A stretch of 64,000 bases of DNA from a virus (IMGVR_UViG_3300037067_022020:89061-153060), one strand, 5' to 3'. Counted from the stretch's first letter, positions 23,519-36,466 are shown. Made by a program: numbers and translations. The notes: generated by a model from the letters alone, not told the origin.

Positions 23519-24403
23519 ATGAAAAGACACATATTTAAAGCAAATGATGGAGTAATCTGTTCATCTAAGGAAGAAGTTAGAAAGCTTCTCAATATAGCTG
23601 ATAATAATGGCTATCAGGTATATCTCCAGTCACTAAATACATATAAAAAAGCTTTTGTACATGAGTTTGGCTGTCTTATAGGGTGTACACCCAACCAGGT
23701 AATTAATAATTATACTCCAAGAGAATTTCTATTTCTTGTATCTCAATTTGAGAAAGGGGATGAGATAGAAATTATACAAGATCCTGGTGTTACTAACCGG
23801 CCAAAACAAAAAATTGTTATCGGGGGAATCGAAATAGTAACTTGTACTATAAAAAGGGAGGATTTTCTTAGCGTAGATGATGGTTATATTTTAAGTATTA
23901 ATAGAGCGGTGTTATCCTCTAATTGTGTAAAATTTCATAAAGACTTTTCACAAAATAACAATCAAGAAAGTATTAAAACATCGACAAATATGGAAGAAAC
24001 GGTTATTATTCCGGCAGATATCTTGAGAGACGGATATAATGCAGCATCAGAACCCCAGAAATTAGATATAAAAAATTATGTAGACCCCTATACAGGCGAA
24101 GTAAAACGAGTTCAGTTAATAAATTTCTATAATAAACTTAATTGTTATGAATGGAAGAATAAATTAGAATATTTGTTCCCGTTTTTAAAAGAAACAAAAG
24201 ATATTAAAATTATTTATGGAGAAAAAGTGGATGGAAGAGAATTATTTGGAAATGTTCATATCGGTGAAGGACTTCATAATTTAATAGAGCCAAGAGTATG
24301 TGGTAATTTGGGCCAAAAATCATTTTATCTAAACCCCGAATTTAATTGGATTCTAAAAGAAGATGATCATGGAACAGTTTGCTTAGTTCCTACAAGGAAA
24401 TAA
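23519..24403 (+). CDS. Hypothetical protein, paralog of 30471..31316
   Basis: Shared MKRHIFKA.DGV.C, EFLFLVSQFEKGD, FPFLKET, CLVPTRK. Confidence 0.7.
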   Translation: MKRHIFKANDGVICSSKEEVRKLLNIADNNGYQVYLQSLNTYKKAFVHEFGCLIGCTPNQVINNYTPREFLFLVSQFEKGDEIEIIQDPGVTNRPKQKIVIGGIEIVTCTIKREDFLSVDDGYILSINRAVLSSNCVKFHKDFSQNNNQESIKTSTNMEETVIIPADILRDGYNAASEPQKLDIKNYVDPYTGEVKRVQLINFYNKLNCYEWKNKLEYLFPFLKETKDIKIIYGEKVDGRELFGNVHIGEGLHNLIEPRVCGNLGQKSFYLNPEFNWILKEDDHGTVCLVPTRK

Positions 24404-27400
24404 ACTGTAAAATATTTAAAACAAAAATTATGAAAATAAACATAGAAATTAAAAGAAAAAAGGAAATTGAAACTACTCCAACTATTAAAGAAAAGATTTC
24501 TTTTAAGTTAAAAGAATTGGGATGTTTTTATCCTATTACTAATATAAATGATAATAAACATAATACACTTATTCTTTGTGATTCCGGATTTGCTAATAAT
24601 CAGATGTTTATTAAGACCGCAATACTTCAAATAATACTCAAAGATATCATTTATATTGGTGGAGATGAGTATATGTCATTATATCTTAATCTGAATTCCG
24701 GCTGTAGCTGGGAAATGGTTTGGGATAAAATTAAAGATATTGAGTCTCTTAATTATAACATCAAAGAGTAATACATTATTTTAAAATATAATTGTCATGA
24801 ATACAGATACCTTTGGTAATTCAATAAAATTTCCATCTTTAAATGTAGCGATAGATAAAATTAATGAATTACCGAAAAATCAACAAAAATTTTTTCAAAA
24901 AACACTCATTACATTTAATCAATCATATAGTTATTTATCTAAATGTAAATCATCTGTTACTAAAGAGTATTTACTTCATTTACTTAGAAATGAATTAATG
25001 AATACATTAGATAGAGTTCAATATGAAAAATCAATTGATCCAAGTTTAATTTCACATTTAAAATGTTTTATAGTTACGAAAATTAAAATATTAATTAAAG
25101 AAAACAAATATGGCCTTAGATAAAACAAAAATTTCAGATATTGAATTTGATAACATTGATTATTCAGATTATCCTGATTTTTGTGATGCATTTATTTCAT
25201 CTGCTTATTATAATAGCATCCTAATGACCCAAGAACAATTAGATGAAATTAATGAGGATGATGATTTTGTTTATGAAAAGTTATGGAGTCACTTATTTTA
25301 AAATTAAAAAAATGAAAAACACAGAAGAGAAGAAAAAACAATTTCTTGGTAAATTAGGTAACACAATTAATAATTCCAAAACTGGTTTTCTTGGGGATTT
25401 TATTGATAAAATAGAAAGAAATTTTCAAAAAAAACACCTTAAAGCATATCTTCGGGGTGATGAATATTTTTCTTTCGGAAAGAATCAAAAAACAGGTGAA
25501 CCCGAATGGTATAAAGTTTTATATACGTTTGATAAAATTTGATTCAAAATGGAAAAATTATTTACATTTTTAGCAACAATTTACTTTTGTTGTTTTATTA
25601 TATTGTTTTTCGCAAATAAAAAAGTAAAAAAAGAAAAACAATTAGATTTATGCAGATTTGATTTTGGGTGGAAATGGTATTTAAATTTGGAAGATAGATG
25701 GATGATTCCGCTTAACTTACTCATTTCGATTTTCTTTTTTTTATTAATCTTTGCGATGCAAGAGTGGATTTGATAAAAATAATCGATTAAAATATTTTTG
25801 AATATTCGAAAAATTTTTATTAATTTTATGATAAGAATAAAAAGCTGATATGACTGAAGATACAATTAATCTTGCAATAAAAATCGCAGAAATGTCTTCG
25901 GAAGAAAGATATAACAGACTAATTGAATTGAAAATGAAATGTATTCAATTGGAATCGATAAATAAACTTCTTTCTTTAAATGAACAAATGGAAATATTAT
26001 TGATTCTTGATGAAATTAATAATTTTCACCAAGGGGAAAACACTAGTTCAGAAAGGATTCTTGATTTCATTGATCAATTAGACAAAGACGTACAAAGTAA
26101 ATTAACACAAAATTAAATCTCAAATAAAATGACAAAATCAAAATTTGAAAAACTTGCTTGGTCTTATGGGTATGAACCAAGATATTCTGGAAAGTTAAAT
26201 ATTTTCTTTTTAAAATCTGTGGTTCCGTTTCCTCCTGATTTGGGAGATTTAGCTATTCAAGCTGGACCAAGATTCAAAATAAAAATTACAAATAATTAAA
26301 TATCAATTTTTTTTATGGAAAAATTTAATTTAAATAACAAAACTTATCATGTAAAATGGGAATATTGCGATGAGTTATTTGATAACAAACCTGCAACTTA
26401 TTGTTATATATATGAAGATGGTTTATCAAATCCCATATCTGTTGGTAGTGCATGGGTATCAAAAAACGATGCCTTCAATAAAAAAATAGGAAGAAAAATT
26501 TCTTTCACCCGTGCACTTGTTAATTATTTTAATAAGCAAGAAAGAACTGAAATTTGGTATCTTGCTACAACAGAGTTTAAAACAAAATTAATTGATGATG
26601 CTAAAAATAAAAAGAAGTAAGATTCTATTAATTTTAGAATGGTGCCAAAAAAAATTCAAACATAAAGATAATCTTTCGGCACCTAAATTATTTATTTATA
26701 ACAGTCGTGGGAAATTGAATTCTAATGAAAATCTTTGGGGTGCTTATGTCATTGATTCCAATCGAATGAATATTTTTTTACCCACACATAATACAAAATT
26801 TGAATTAGTTAATACCGTTTTACATGAATATAAACATTATCTATTAAATCGGCATCATAATTACGAGAAAATTTATGATAAATTAAAGTTAAAAAAATTT
26901 AATGACTCTGAAATAGCCTCGATTCATCCTCATGAAAAACTATGTAATATGTTTGCTAAAAAATGGGAAGATGTTTGTTATAATGAAATATTTCAAAAAA
27001 AGAAAAAGATATGACAAAATGTAGATCAAAGTTTACTTATGATATTGATAAGAAACTTAATTTAAAAATTATTGATATTGGAACAGATTGTATGTCTGTT
27101 ACTAATGATATGGAAAATGTTCTAAATTTTATCATTGAAACAGAGCATATTAATAATATCGATGATTTCACTATTTCATATTGTGATAGTATGGGGGATT
27201 GGGATTTTATTAGCCCCATCATAGATAGGCGTGGAAAAGTTATCGATGTAAATTTTATTTGTAGTAATCATGAAATTCACTAAAAAACAAAAACTTAAAG
27301 CAAATAGAAAAGCTTTACGTGAAATTGATCTTGAATTCGGATTACCTTCTGGTCTATTACATAAAGTACATAAATCAGAAAAAGATTATAACAGGAAATT

Positions 27401-27748
27401 AAAACATAAAAAGCATAAATTTGAAGAAGAATGAAAACACAACTTAAAATAAAAACATGGAATCCAATTTGTAGTGAAAAATCAGTTTTATTAATACAAA
27501 TTATAGAACAGCCCGAACAATTTAGAGCTACAAAAGGAGAATTAAAAAATTTTAAATCATCTGATGGATTTGAGATATTATCTTATAGTCATCCTAATGT
27601 TTTTCATAATTGTTTATATGTGGGTGGCACAACAAAAAATGAAGATGATCGATGTCTATTCATCTATTTTGATTCTGATGAATTAAGGGAAATCTATTTA
27701 ACCAGATTAAATAATGCTATAAAAGAGTTTAATGAAAAATACATCTGA
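24379..27748 (+). other. Cluster of small hypothetical ORFs including an HEYKH zincin-like ORF (26592..27014); class 1 promoter 25797-25828
   Basis: ORF track; motif inspection. Confidence 0.55.
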
Positions 27749-28283
27749 AGAATTTTTGAAAAATAATGATGGATTAATTACTACATTTACTGGTAAGGCA
27801 TTTAACGTAATTCATCCAAATGTTAATGATATCGATATAATTGATATATCTCATGCATTAAGTTGTCTTTGTAGATGGAACGGTCATGTTCAAATACCAT
27901 ACTCTGTTGCACAGCATTCAATGTTTGTAGTTAATAATTTAAAAACTAATTTAACTTATTCTGATAATCGAATTTTTTTAGCTGGATTATTACATGATGC
28001 TTCTGAAGCGTATTTATCCGATATAGCCAGGCCGCTTAAATTATATTTCACCCAGTATAAGGAAATTGAAGACAGACTAATGAATTGCATTGCTGAAAAA
28101 TTTGAATTTGACTATCCTTTAGATTCTGTAGTTAAAAGATCCGATGATTATGCACTTCAATGGGAATGGAAAAAATTTATTCTAACAAAGGATAACTGGT
28201 ATTTAAATTGGGCATTTAAATTGCAATATAGTAAATTAATTGAACGGAAATTTTTAAAAATGTATTATGAATTAATAAAATAA
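27732..28283 (+). CDS. HD-domain phosphohydrolase (YfdR/YfbR-like)
   Basis: DISHALS..R.NGH..YSVAQHS..LLHDASEAY..D..P.K. Confidence 0.8.
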   Translation: MKNTSEEFLKNNDGLITTFTGKAFNVIHPNVNDIDIIDISHALSCLCRWNGHVQIPYSVAQHSMFVVNNLKTNLTYSDNRIFLAGLLHDASEAYLSDIARPLKLYFTQYKEIEDRLMNCIAEKFEFDYPLDSVVKRSDDYALQWEWKKFILTKDNWYLNWAFKLQYSKLIERKFLKMYYELIK

Positions 28284-28284
28284 A

Positions 28285-28316
28285 TTTGAATTATTCAATA
28301 ATTTTTATTAATTTTA
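28285..28316 (+). promoter_or_regulatory. Class 1 promoter followed by boxA-like GTTCTTTGAA (28362)
   Basis: TTTG-N20-TAATTTTA. Confidence 0.7.
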
Positions 28317-28399
28317 TACTGTTAAATTAATTTATTTAAAAAAGCAACATTATAATACATCGTTCTTTGAATTATTGAAAATAAAAGGCTAAACATTGA

Positions 28400-28800
28400 T
28401 TCCTTTATGAATTAAGACCATTATTCAACATGGAATGATTGGCATCACGAAAAGATAATTCATATAAAGATGATAATCCTGAACTTACAGGATGTTGATT
28501 TGCTGGTGGTAATGACCACTACTCGTTAAATGAAGGAGGAAATAGAAATCAACGAAGTAATTCTATACATGCTGTTCCCTTGCAAGGAATTGTGTAAGAA
28601 AGATAAATTCTCTTTACAGCGTGAATGAGTGCAAAGCAATGTGATTGATTAAATAGTTGTAGTCTTCGACCTAATAAGAAGAGATTCGTATTATTACAAC
28701 CTGAATATACAGAAGTATTAATCACAGTGACCCTACTCTTAAAGTTCCGAACTCTTGTGTAATGGCAAGTAACCAAAAGGTATAGGACAAGAGGGTGCTA
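28400..28800 (+). ncRNA. Candidate large structured ncRNA
   Basis: About 400 nt without plus-strand ORF, raised GC, many nested complementary pairs (TATGAATTA/TAATTCATA, GTTGATTT/AAATCAAC, TGTGATTGAT/ATTAATCACA, CTCTTGT/ACAAGAG). Confidence 0.5.
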
Positions 28801-28820
28801 AATATAAAAAAGAAAAAATC

Positions 28821-29225
28821 ATGAAAACAAAAATTAAGTTTCTCTTTCAAAACATTAGACTCATATTTCGTTATTCAAGAGAACAGGTCTATTTTGAAGT
28901 CAAACATATAATTCAGGAAGATCCTCTAAATATTAAAATAAGAAAATTCATTAGAGGTTTCTTTAATTCCGATCTTAATAACATTCCCAAAAGACCAAAA
29001 GTTACTGATTATATTACTCTTGGAGTTACTGATTTAGTAGTGGTAAAAGAGAAAGATAGAATAAAAATAATTCTTATTGTTGAACGTCCGGGATTGGTTA
29101 TTGGTAAAGCCGGACTAGTTTACGAGTCCTTTAAAAAGGAATTATCTGAGGAACTTGGAATTAAAGAGAGTAATATTGAATTAGATATAAGGGAGTCAAG
29201 GATGTGGCGTAATTTATACACATAA
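28821..29225 (+). CDS. Type-II KH-domain protein (ribosomal uS3-like KH motif)
   Basis: IVERPGLVIGKAG. Confidence 0.65.
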   Translation: MKTKIKFLFQNIRLIFRYSREQVYFEVKHIIQEDPLNIKIRKFIRGFFNSDLNNIPKRPKVTDYITLGVTDLVVVKEKDRIKIILIVERPGLVIGKAGLVYESFKKELSEELGIKESNIELDIRESRMWRNLYT

Positions 29226-29348
29226 TTCAAACACAATTCTACTATCATGTGAGAAGTCTAATCAAGCTTGAATTAGGCCAATAAATCTGGAGGACGAATA
29301 CACAGAAAACTCATATTAGATAGTAGGATATTATAAATAAACAGAACT

Positions 29349-32300
29349 ATGATACACAAATTTTTTAAATGGGCATTCAAGAAAGAATTTGAAGAACTTG
29401 AGACTTTAAATTGCCGGGTTCTCAATTCTATTCAAGATGATTATATTTCTCAGACTAAACGGATGAATGAGCGTCAAGAGAAGTTAATGAACGTGCTTAA
29501 TAATATTGATATGAGTGTTGATGTGCATGAACATGCTGATAGCTGGGCTGTAATTTCTATTCAGGGTCAGAAAACAGATTATGTGAAGTTTGTGAATTTA
29601 GGACGGAAAGATTTAATGGAGATAGCTGCATTTCTGAGGCACTACGATAGAGCAAAAGTGGACGCTACGCCTAATGTATCAAATTTTTTGAAAATTGAAA
29701 GAACTAATTATTAAAAAATCATAATAAGAAATACTGTTGCACCAGAGTTCGAGTCTCTGCTACTCCACAATAATAATATTCATATTTAAAACCCTCAAAA
29801 CAATGGAAAAGCTCAAGTGTAAAGTGATTATGCTTCCTGTAACAGAAGGATTAGCACCAATCGGAAGTAACATAAGTGGAGATTTATTTTTATTAACTAT
29901 CAATCTGTTTCCTCAACATCTCTACCTTGTATCTGATGAAAGGATAAACTATGATGAATTGGGAAATCAAGAGATACAATTAGATGATATTGTTGTTGAT
30001 ATCGAAAACAATATCATTGGCAAGGTATCTCATATTGGTAGTGCATTTAATTTTAAAGGCACACTTCAATTTCCAAAAAATGATGATCCGCAAATTAATC
30101 GTCATTGTACTTTTAACTGTCATAAAGTAATTGCCACAACGGATCCATCCTTAAATCTCCCATTAATTCATCAATCATTTATTGAGGAGTATGTAGAAAA
30201 ACAAGGAAAGATTAATGAGTTGATGATTAATCTAATTGATGTAGGAGGAGAAGAATGGATGGGAGATGATTATACCGGAGAACCTTATTGGAATGAAATA
30301 CTTAAAGTTGAAGTGAATAAAGATAATGAGGTAATCATTCATCCAGTTAAAGAAAGTTGGACAAGAGAAGAGATATTATCTTTTATTGGTAAAATGCAAG
30401 CGAATAATATAATAAAATCAATGGTTCTAGCAGATGATTTTAATGAATGGATAACTAAAAACTTATAATAATGAAAAGACATATTTTTAAAGCAGGTGAT
30501 GGAGTAGTCTGTCAGTCTAGTGCAGAAGTTAGAAGACTTCTATGTATAGCTTACAATCATGGCTATCAAGTATATAGTCCCTCTCTTCATACTTCCTGTT
30601 TTCATTTTATTTTCACCAATACATTTGGCCTTATAGGAACTGCATTGGATAGCATGGAGACTGCTTACTCAACAAAAGAATTTCTGTTTCTTGTATCTCA
30701 ATTTGAGAAAGGTGATAAGGTAAAGCTTTTAGGCTCTAGTGCTTCACGGGAGGAATATATTGCTACGGTACTTAAAGATGTAGAAAGACAAGACTTCAAT
30801 GATGTTCCACATAGTTATAGATTGATTACTAATGATTATCTTACTCATGTAGATCAGGTTAAGCTTCATAAAGATGTCTCGGAACAAAAGAACAATCAAA
30901 ACAATACAAATATGAACAATCAAGAAGATGAAATAGTTATTATTCCGACAGACCTTCTAAGAGAAGGATATAAATCAGCCAATGTAGATCAAAGACTAGA
31001 GATAGAAAGGTATGTAAACAGCTTTACAGGAGAGGTAAGTAAAAAACATTTACAAGCCTTCTATGAAAGACTTAATTGTACAGGATGGAAAACTAAATTA
31101 GAAATATGCTTTCCGTTTTTAAAGGAGACTGAGAATATTGTTATTAAGTATGGAGAGAAGGCAGACGAGAAGAAGTTATTTGGAGGATTTGGTATGATTT
31201 CTCCAAGGTCTTCTGGTTCCTTAAGAGAGAGGTCTTTTTATTTAAGCTATAAATATAACTGGTCTCTACAAAAAGATAACGAAGGAGCAATATGTTTAGT
31301 TCCAACAAGAAAGTAAAAATATAAAACAAAAACATTATGAACCCAAAGGAAAAATTTACAGTTACCGATGACAAAACAGGGAAGAAATACCTTGTTGAAG
31401 TTATTAAAGAGGTTGTCGAAAAGAAAAAGATAACTTATGAAGACGTGTTAAAAGAAGTAATGGCATCTTCCGATAGTCATTGTATTAGATACACAGGAGA
31501 CATTACAAAGGAAGATCGAAATACACATACAGGCTTCTGTGCTACTTCTCTTCCAACTAAACAACTTGCAAAGAAGGTACAGGCAATAATAACGTTAATT
31601 AATACTGCATGGTATTTAAACAAAGGAGAAGAACTTCCTTGGGACATAAAATACTTTAAAAATTCCCATTATGCTTTCACCTTCGATAATGAACTTAGAA
31701 CGATAAGAGTAGAATCTTGGAATTATCTTAAGCATGGAAGTGTCTATTTTAATACAAAGGAATTAGCTGAACAGGCTTTTGAGATACTTGGAGAAGATGT
31801 GATAAAAACAGCAATACTTTAATACTAACAAACCCATTAAAAATTATGAAAAGTATCATAATTCCTCTAGAAAATCATACAATAATGGATATTAAAAAAT
31901 CTTTGGAAAGTTCATTTGTTCCTTGGAATGTCCTTCTACCATATTTTAAACATATTTCTGGAGATAAGAAGCTTATTGGATTTAAAGTTGATGAATTCGG
32001 TCTTACATTGATATTTAATGATAAAAATAAATAATTATGAAAAAAAATATCTTATTCGATTTAGTAAAATAAATTTGAATTATTCATTAATTTTTATTAA
32101 TTTTATATCATATTTTAAACATTAAACAAAATGACAGAATTAAAAAAGGTCTTAATGAGTCGAGATAATTTAACAGAACAAGAAGCAGACGATCTTATTG
32201 AAGAGATGCGCCATTGTGTATTTGAAGAAGGAGAAGATCCAGAAGAGGTGTTATTAGATATGGTGGGATTAGAACCTGATTATGTCTTTGATCTTTTGGG

Positions 32301-32695
32301 GTATTAAAATAAAAATACTAAACATGGAAAAAAATAAAATTATAAATAGATCTTATTCAAGATTTAAAAAGTATGACATAATTAAAAATTTATAAAAATC
32401 AAATATTATGAAAAAAAATTGTGAAAGTTGTAAACATGGTAATAACGACGAAGCATATCAATGTGACAAATGTGATGAATTTTTTTGCATGTGGGAAGAA
32501 CATTGGCAGGATAGAGAACGTAGAGAAAAAATTGAGTGTATTTTCTCTCATGTCGAACATGAAGATGGAATGAAAAAAAAGCGCTTCTTCAAATGTATGA
32601 AATCGATTCCAGATAAATACTTAGACGAGTTTATAAACACATTAGAAAAACTTGTGTCACATAAATATAATGGGCGGGTAACTCAGACATGGTAA
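29349..32695 (+). other. Cluster of hypothetical ORFs including paralog 30471..31316, an unlisted 58-aa ORF 32131..32307 and class 1 promoter 32074-32105
   Basis: ORF track and manual translation. Confidence 0.55.
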
Positions 32696-33057
32696 ACGCT
32701 ATTATTTTCTTGAAAAATAAGAGTCTATGAATAATTATTTAAACACCAAAAAATGGGATTTATGGGTTGCTGCCGGTGGGATCCTTATAGGAAGAGATAT
32801 CGATTTAAGAGTAAAAATCCCAATCGATATTGGCACCGGTGTTCAAATGAAACGTGACGATAAGATTTGGACATCAACTCGCGAATTTGGCGGAAGAGAT
32901 AAAAACTATTTAAAGACAATTAAGTTAAAAATTAGTTCGTGGCGGGTATTATCTATAGATGCTGTTCATTTTTATGGTGTATTGACATCTCCAGGAGTTG
33001 AGTTTGAAATAAGTAAAGATGACAACCAGCGTGTAAGTTCATCCGGATTAAATATAA

Positions 33058-34443
33058 GTAAACAATAATTTTTCATAAAATTAATAAATTAAATTCAAAA
33101 ATAATTAAAAAATATTTTTAAAAAATCTTTTCTTATATACTTATAATAAAGAAAAAAAAGATGTTATTAACGTTAAAAATAAAACTTAAATTAAGTAAAG
33201 AACAAATTGAAGTATTAGAGAAAACATCTGATAATGCTAGATTATTATATAACAAATTACTTGAAGAAAAAATCAAATATTATGAAGAAACTAAAAAATA
33301 TTTATCATATTATATTCAACAAAAAGAACTGAAAGGCATTACATCGGAATTTCTTACATTTGATTCTAAAAAAGAAATATTAAGAACATTAGATAACAAC
33401 TATAAATCATTTTTTGAACTAATTAAAACTAACAAAGATAAAAATCCAAAGACTCCAAAATTTAGAGGATATAAATATTTTTTTACTTTATCATTTGTAC
33501 AAGATTTCATTATAAAAGATAATAAAATTGTAATTTCTTTACCTAACAGAAAACGATTAATTTTAAATTTAGAATATAATTTACCTATTATTAATTGTTC
33601 ATGTAATAGACATAAAAATGAAAGTAGTGATATCAAGCAACTAAAGATATTCAAAAAGGATAACAATTATTATGCTTCGATAATTTATGAAAAACAAGAA
33701 CAAAAATCAACTAATATTTTAGAAAATATAATTTCTATAGATCTTGGTAAAAAGAATTTAGTTTCTTATTATAATTTCTTAAAGAATATTGGAGTGGTTT
33801 ATAATTCTAAGTATTTAACTAAAAATCAAAAATTCTTAGATAAAAGAGTAGATGAATTGAAATCAATTAGAGACAAAAAAGTTAAATACTCCAGAAAATG
33901 GAAACGAATTAACAAGAAAGTAAAGAACGTCAATAGAAAAAAGAAAACACAAACTAATTTAACATTACAAAAATTAAGTAAAGATTTATCAAATTTAAAT
34001 ACTGATGTATTAATCGGTGAACTTACTAATTTAAAACAAAATATTGTATCTAAAAATAAACATAAATTAAATCGACAGATGCAAAATAATTGGAATTTAT
34101 CAACTTTTATTCGTCTTTTAACTTATAAAGTATGGTTAAAAGGTAATGCAGTAATAAAAGTAAATGAAGCCTGGACTTCAAAAACTTGTTGTAAATGTGG
34201 TACAATTGATTACTCTCAAACATTAGCAGATCGACAATATATTTGTGAATGCGGTAATAATATTAATCGAGATATTAATGGTGCTATCAACATTTTAAAA
34301 CAACACTTGGGCAATTATAATCTGCCACTTGATTTTGATACTTTATCAATTTCAGAAAGATTTTCTTGGTGTGATATCAAGAAAATGAATAGAAATGATA
34401 AGTTTTGTAAGCAATTATGAATTTTATTCGTTTTTATATTATA
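33058..34443 (+). mobile_element. tnpB-only element (family B)
   Basis: Ends defined by homology with 59081-59427 and 17041-17075; preceded by AATATAA. Confidence 0.8.
33161..34420 (+). CDS. tnpB: TnpB RNA-guided nuclease (probable rearranged-Glu RuvC)
   Basis: N-terminal HTH (R..YN..L), SIDLG, LIGEL, VNEAWTSKTCCKC, CECG..NRDING. Confidence 0.9.
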   Translation: MLLTLKIKLKLSKEQIEVLEKTSDNARLLYNKLLEEKIKYYEETKKYLSYYIQQKELKGITSEFLTFDSKKEILRTLDNNYKSFFELIKTNKDKNPKTPKFRGYKYFFTLSFVQDFIIKDNKIVISLPNRKRLILNLEYNLPIINCSCNRHKNESSDIKQLKIFKKDNNYYASIIYEKQEQKSTNILENIISIDLGKKNLVSYYNFLKNIGVVYNSKYLTKNQKFLDKRVDELKSIRDKKVKYSRKWKRINKKVKNVNRKKKTQTNLTLQKLSKDLSNLNTDVLIGELTNLKQNIVSKNKHKLNRQMQNNWNLSTFIRLLTYKVWLKGNAVIKVNEAWTSKTCCKCGTIDYSQTLADRQYICECGNNINRDINGAINILKQHLGNYNLPLDFDTLSISERFSWCDIKKMNRNDKFCKQL

Positions 34444-35455
34444 GTGTTACCACTCGATTTAATACTATTGAAGAAATTATTGAAAGAGGTAAATACATAT
34501 TCAATAAATGGTTTGATAAAAGATGGGGATTGAGTTTAGAAAAAAGTTGGTCCAATAAAACAAAAATTTTAATTAAATAATAGTTACTTATGACAAAACA
34601 GCAATTATTAATTTGGTATATCAAAGTATATTGGAGATTTCTTGGAAAAAAGATAATTTATAAAATTGGAGAAGGGGTGAAAACTCTATCATCAGAAAAA
34701 TATACTATTACTGAAAATGATCTTGTAATGGTTGGTGATAATCTAGAAAAACTATTTAAAGTTATTGATTCATGTAAATATTCTGAACATATTGAGGTAG
34801 CAGAAAGATGTGCCGATGTGTTTTCAACTAGATTTCCATTTGCCCTAATTATATCTAATGTTGTTAATAAAAAAATTGATAAACTTCGACCTAAACTGAG
34901 ATCATATTACGAAATAAGTGAAAGTAATTTAAATTAAAAATGAGCAAACTAGATACATTTCATTATCATGAATCTCTTGATAGATCATGGTGCATTGTTG
35001 ACATTATCCAGACAATTTTGTTAACTCACCCAGTAATTCACAAGCATAAAAAAATTAAAAAACAAGTTAAAAAAGCACGAACTCATTTAATTAATGCTTA
35101 TCAAATGATAGGAAATAAACAATATCATAAATACAAATAATTAAAAATTTATTATCATGTCAAAAACATATACTAAAGGAAATATTGTTATTGAGGAAAT
35201 TAAAATTGGCGATATCCATTATGAGTATGACTGTGGTATGGGAGTGAAAGTACGAGTTATTTCTCTTCCAGTGAAAAATGAAGATCAATGGTCTTGGCAA
35301 GCAGAACAAATATCAACTGGGAGGATTATTGATTATTTAGTAACTGATGGGTATTCTCATTACGGCCCTAACTTATATGACTATGAAGCATATGTTGGTA
35401 TAAATATGCTATAAATGAAAAAAAAGTTATATTTCAAATTTAAATAAATAACATT

Positions 35456-36397
35456 ATGAAAACAAAAATTACAAAATTACAAGTTGGTGATGTAATAAAA
35501 TTAAAACCAGGAATTATACTTGGATTATCTACTGTTTATTCTAAACCATTTTATTCAAAATTACACGAAAAAAATAAAGCTGAAGTTACGAAGATTAATA
35601 AAAGTTCAGTCACAATTAAATTATTTGATGACATATCCATTTGTACTAAGCAATTGAGTGCATATTGGGCCTCATTTACCCATAAAGGAATATCTATCTC
35701 TTCTATTAAATCATGTCGGATCCCATTTATTCGTAATTCAGGAATAAAGGTGAAATTGATAAATTTTGACTCAGATGAACAACGAAAAATTCGGCAATAT
35801 ATTAAAAATGGTAGCAAAGGTAACCTCAATCTCAGCAACACACCAATAACATCACTTCCCGACAATTTAAAACAAGTCGGCGGAAATTTAAATCTCAGCA
35901 ACACACCAATAACATCACTTCCCGACAATCTAACAAGAGTCGGCGGAAGTTTGAATCTTTACAACACACCAATAACATCACTTCCAGATAACTTAACAGT
36001 CGGCGGATATTTGGATCTCCACAACACCAAAATAACATCACTACCAGATAACTTGACAGTTGGCGGGTGGTTGGATCTCAGCAACACACCAATAACATCA
36101 CTACCAGATAACTTGAAAGTCGGCGGATGGTTGGATCTCAACAACACCAAAATAACAAAACTACCAGATAACTTAACAGTGAGAGGAAATGTGTCTCTCA
36201 ACAACACCAAAATAACAAAACTACCAGATAACTTAACAGTTGGTGGATATTTGGATCTCAGCTACACACCAATAACATCATTACCAGATAACTTAACAGT
36301 CAACGGAAATTTGTGGCTTGGCAACACCAAAATAACTTCAATCCCAACTTCAGCAGAAATAAAAGGTGAAATATATGGACTTAAAAAACAAAGTTGA
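35456..36397 (+). CDS. Protein with unrelated N-terminus fused to LRR-like cassette (9 units)
   Basis: (GxLxLxNT[P/K]IT[S/K]LPDNL[T/K]VG)n; 60/63-bp tandem repeat. Confidence 0.8.
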   Translation: MKTKITKLQVGDVIKLKPGIILGLSTVYSKPFYSKLHEKNKAEVTKINKSSVTIKLFDDISICTKQLSAYWASFTHKGISISSIKSCRIPFIRNSGIKVKLINFDSDEQRKIRQYIKNGSKGNLNLSNTPITSLPDNLKQVGGNLNLSNTPITSLPDNLTRVGGSLNLYNTPITSLPDNLTVGGYLDLHNTKITSLPDNLTVGGWLDLSNTPITSLPDNLKVGGWLDLNNTKITKLPDNLTVRGNVSLNNTKITKLPDNLTVGGYLDLSYTPITSLPDNLTVNGNLWLGNTKITSIPTSAEIKGEIYGLKKQS

Positions 36398-36466
36398 AGT
36401 AAAAATTAATTTTTTTTAAAAAACTTTTTTAATTTTTTATTTTTTAAATAATTATTTTAAAATAAA

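Larger units (their letters stand above)
32727..34580 (+). pseudogene. Hypothetical gene split by tnpB element
   Basis: Removing 33058-34443 joins ..GLNI|SVTTRFNTIEE.. in frame. Confidence 0.65.

Noticed and set aside
28400-28800. Group I intron, tmRNA or RNase P RNA
   Set aside because: Could not find the conserved core motifs or a tRNA-like 5' end by eye
35820-36340. LRR DNA repeats as CRISPR or as a proven DGR
   Set aside because: In-frame 60/63-bp coding repeats; no RT, Avd or template repeat visible in the window, so DGR is kept only as a hypothesis
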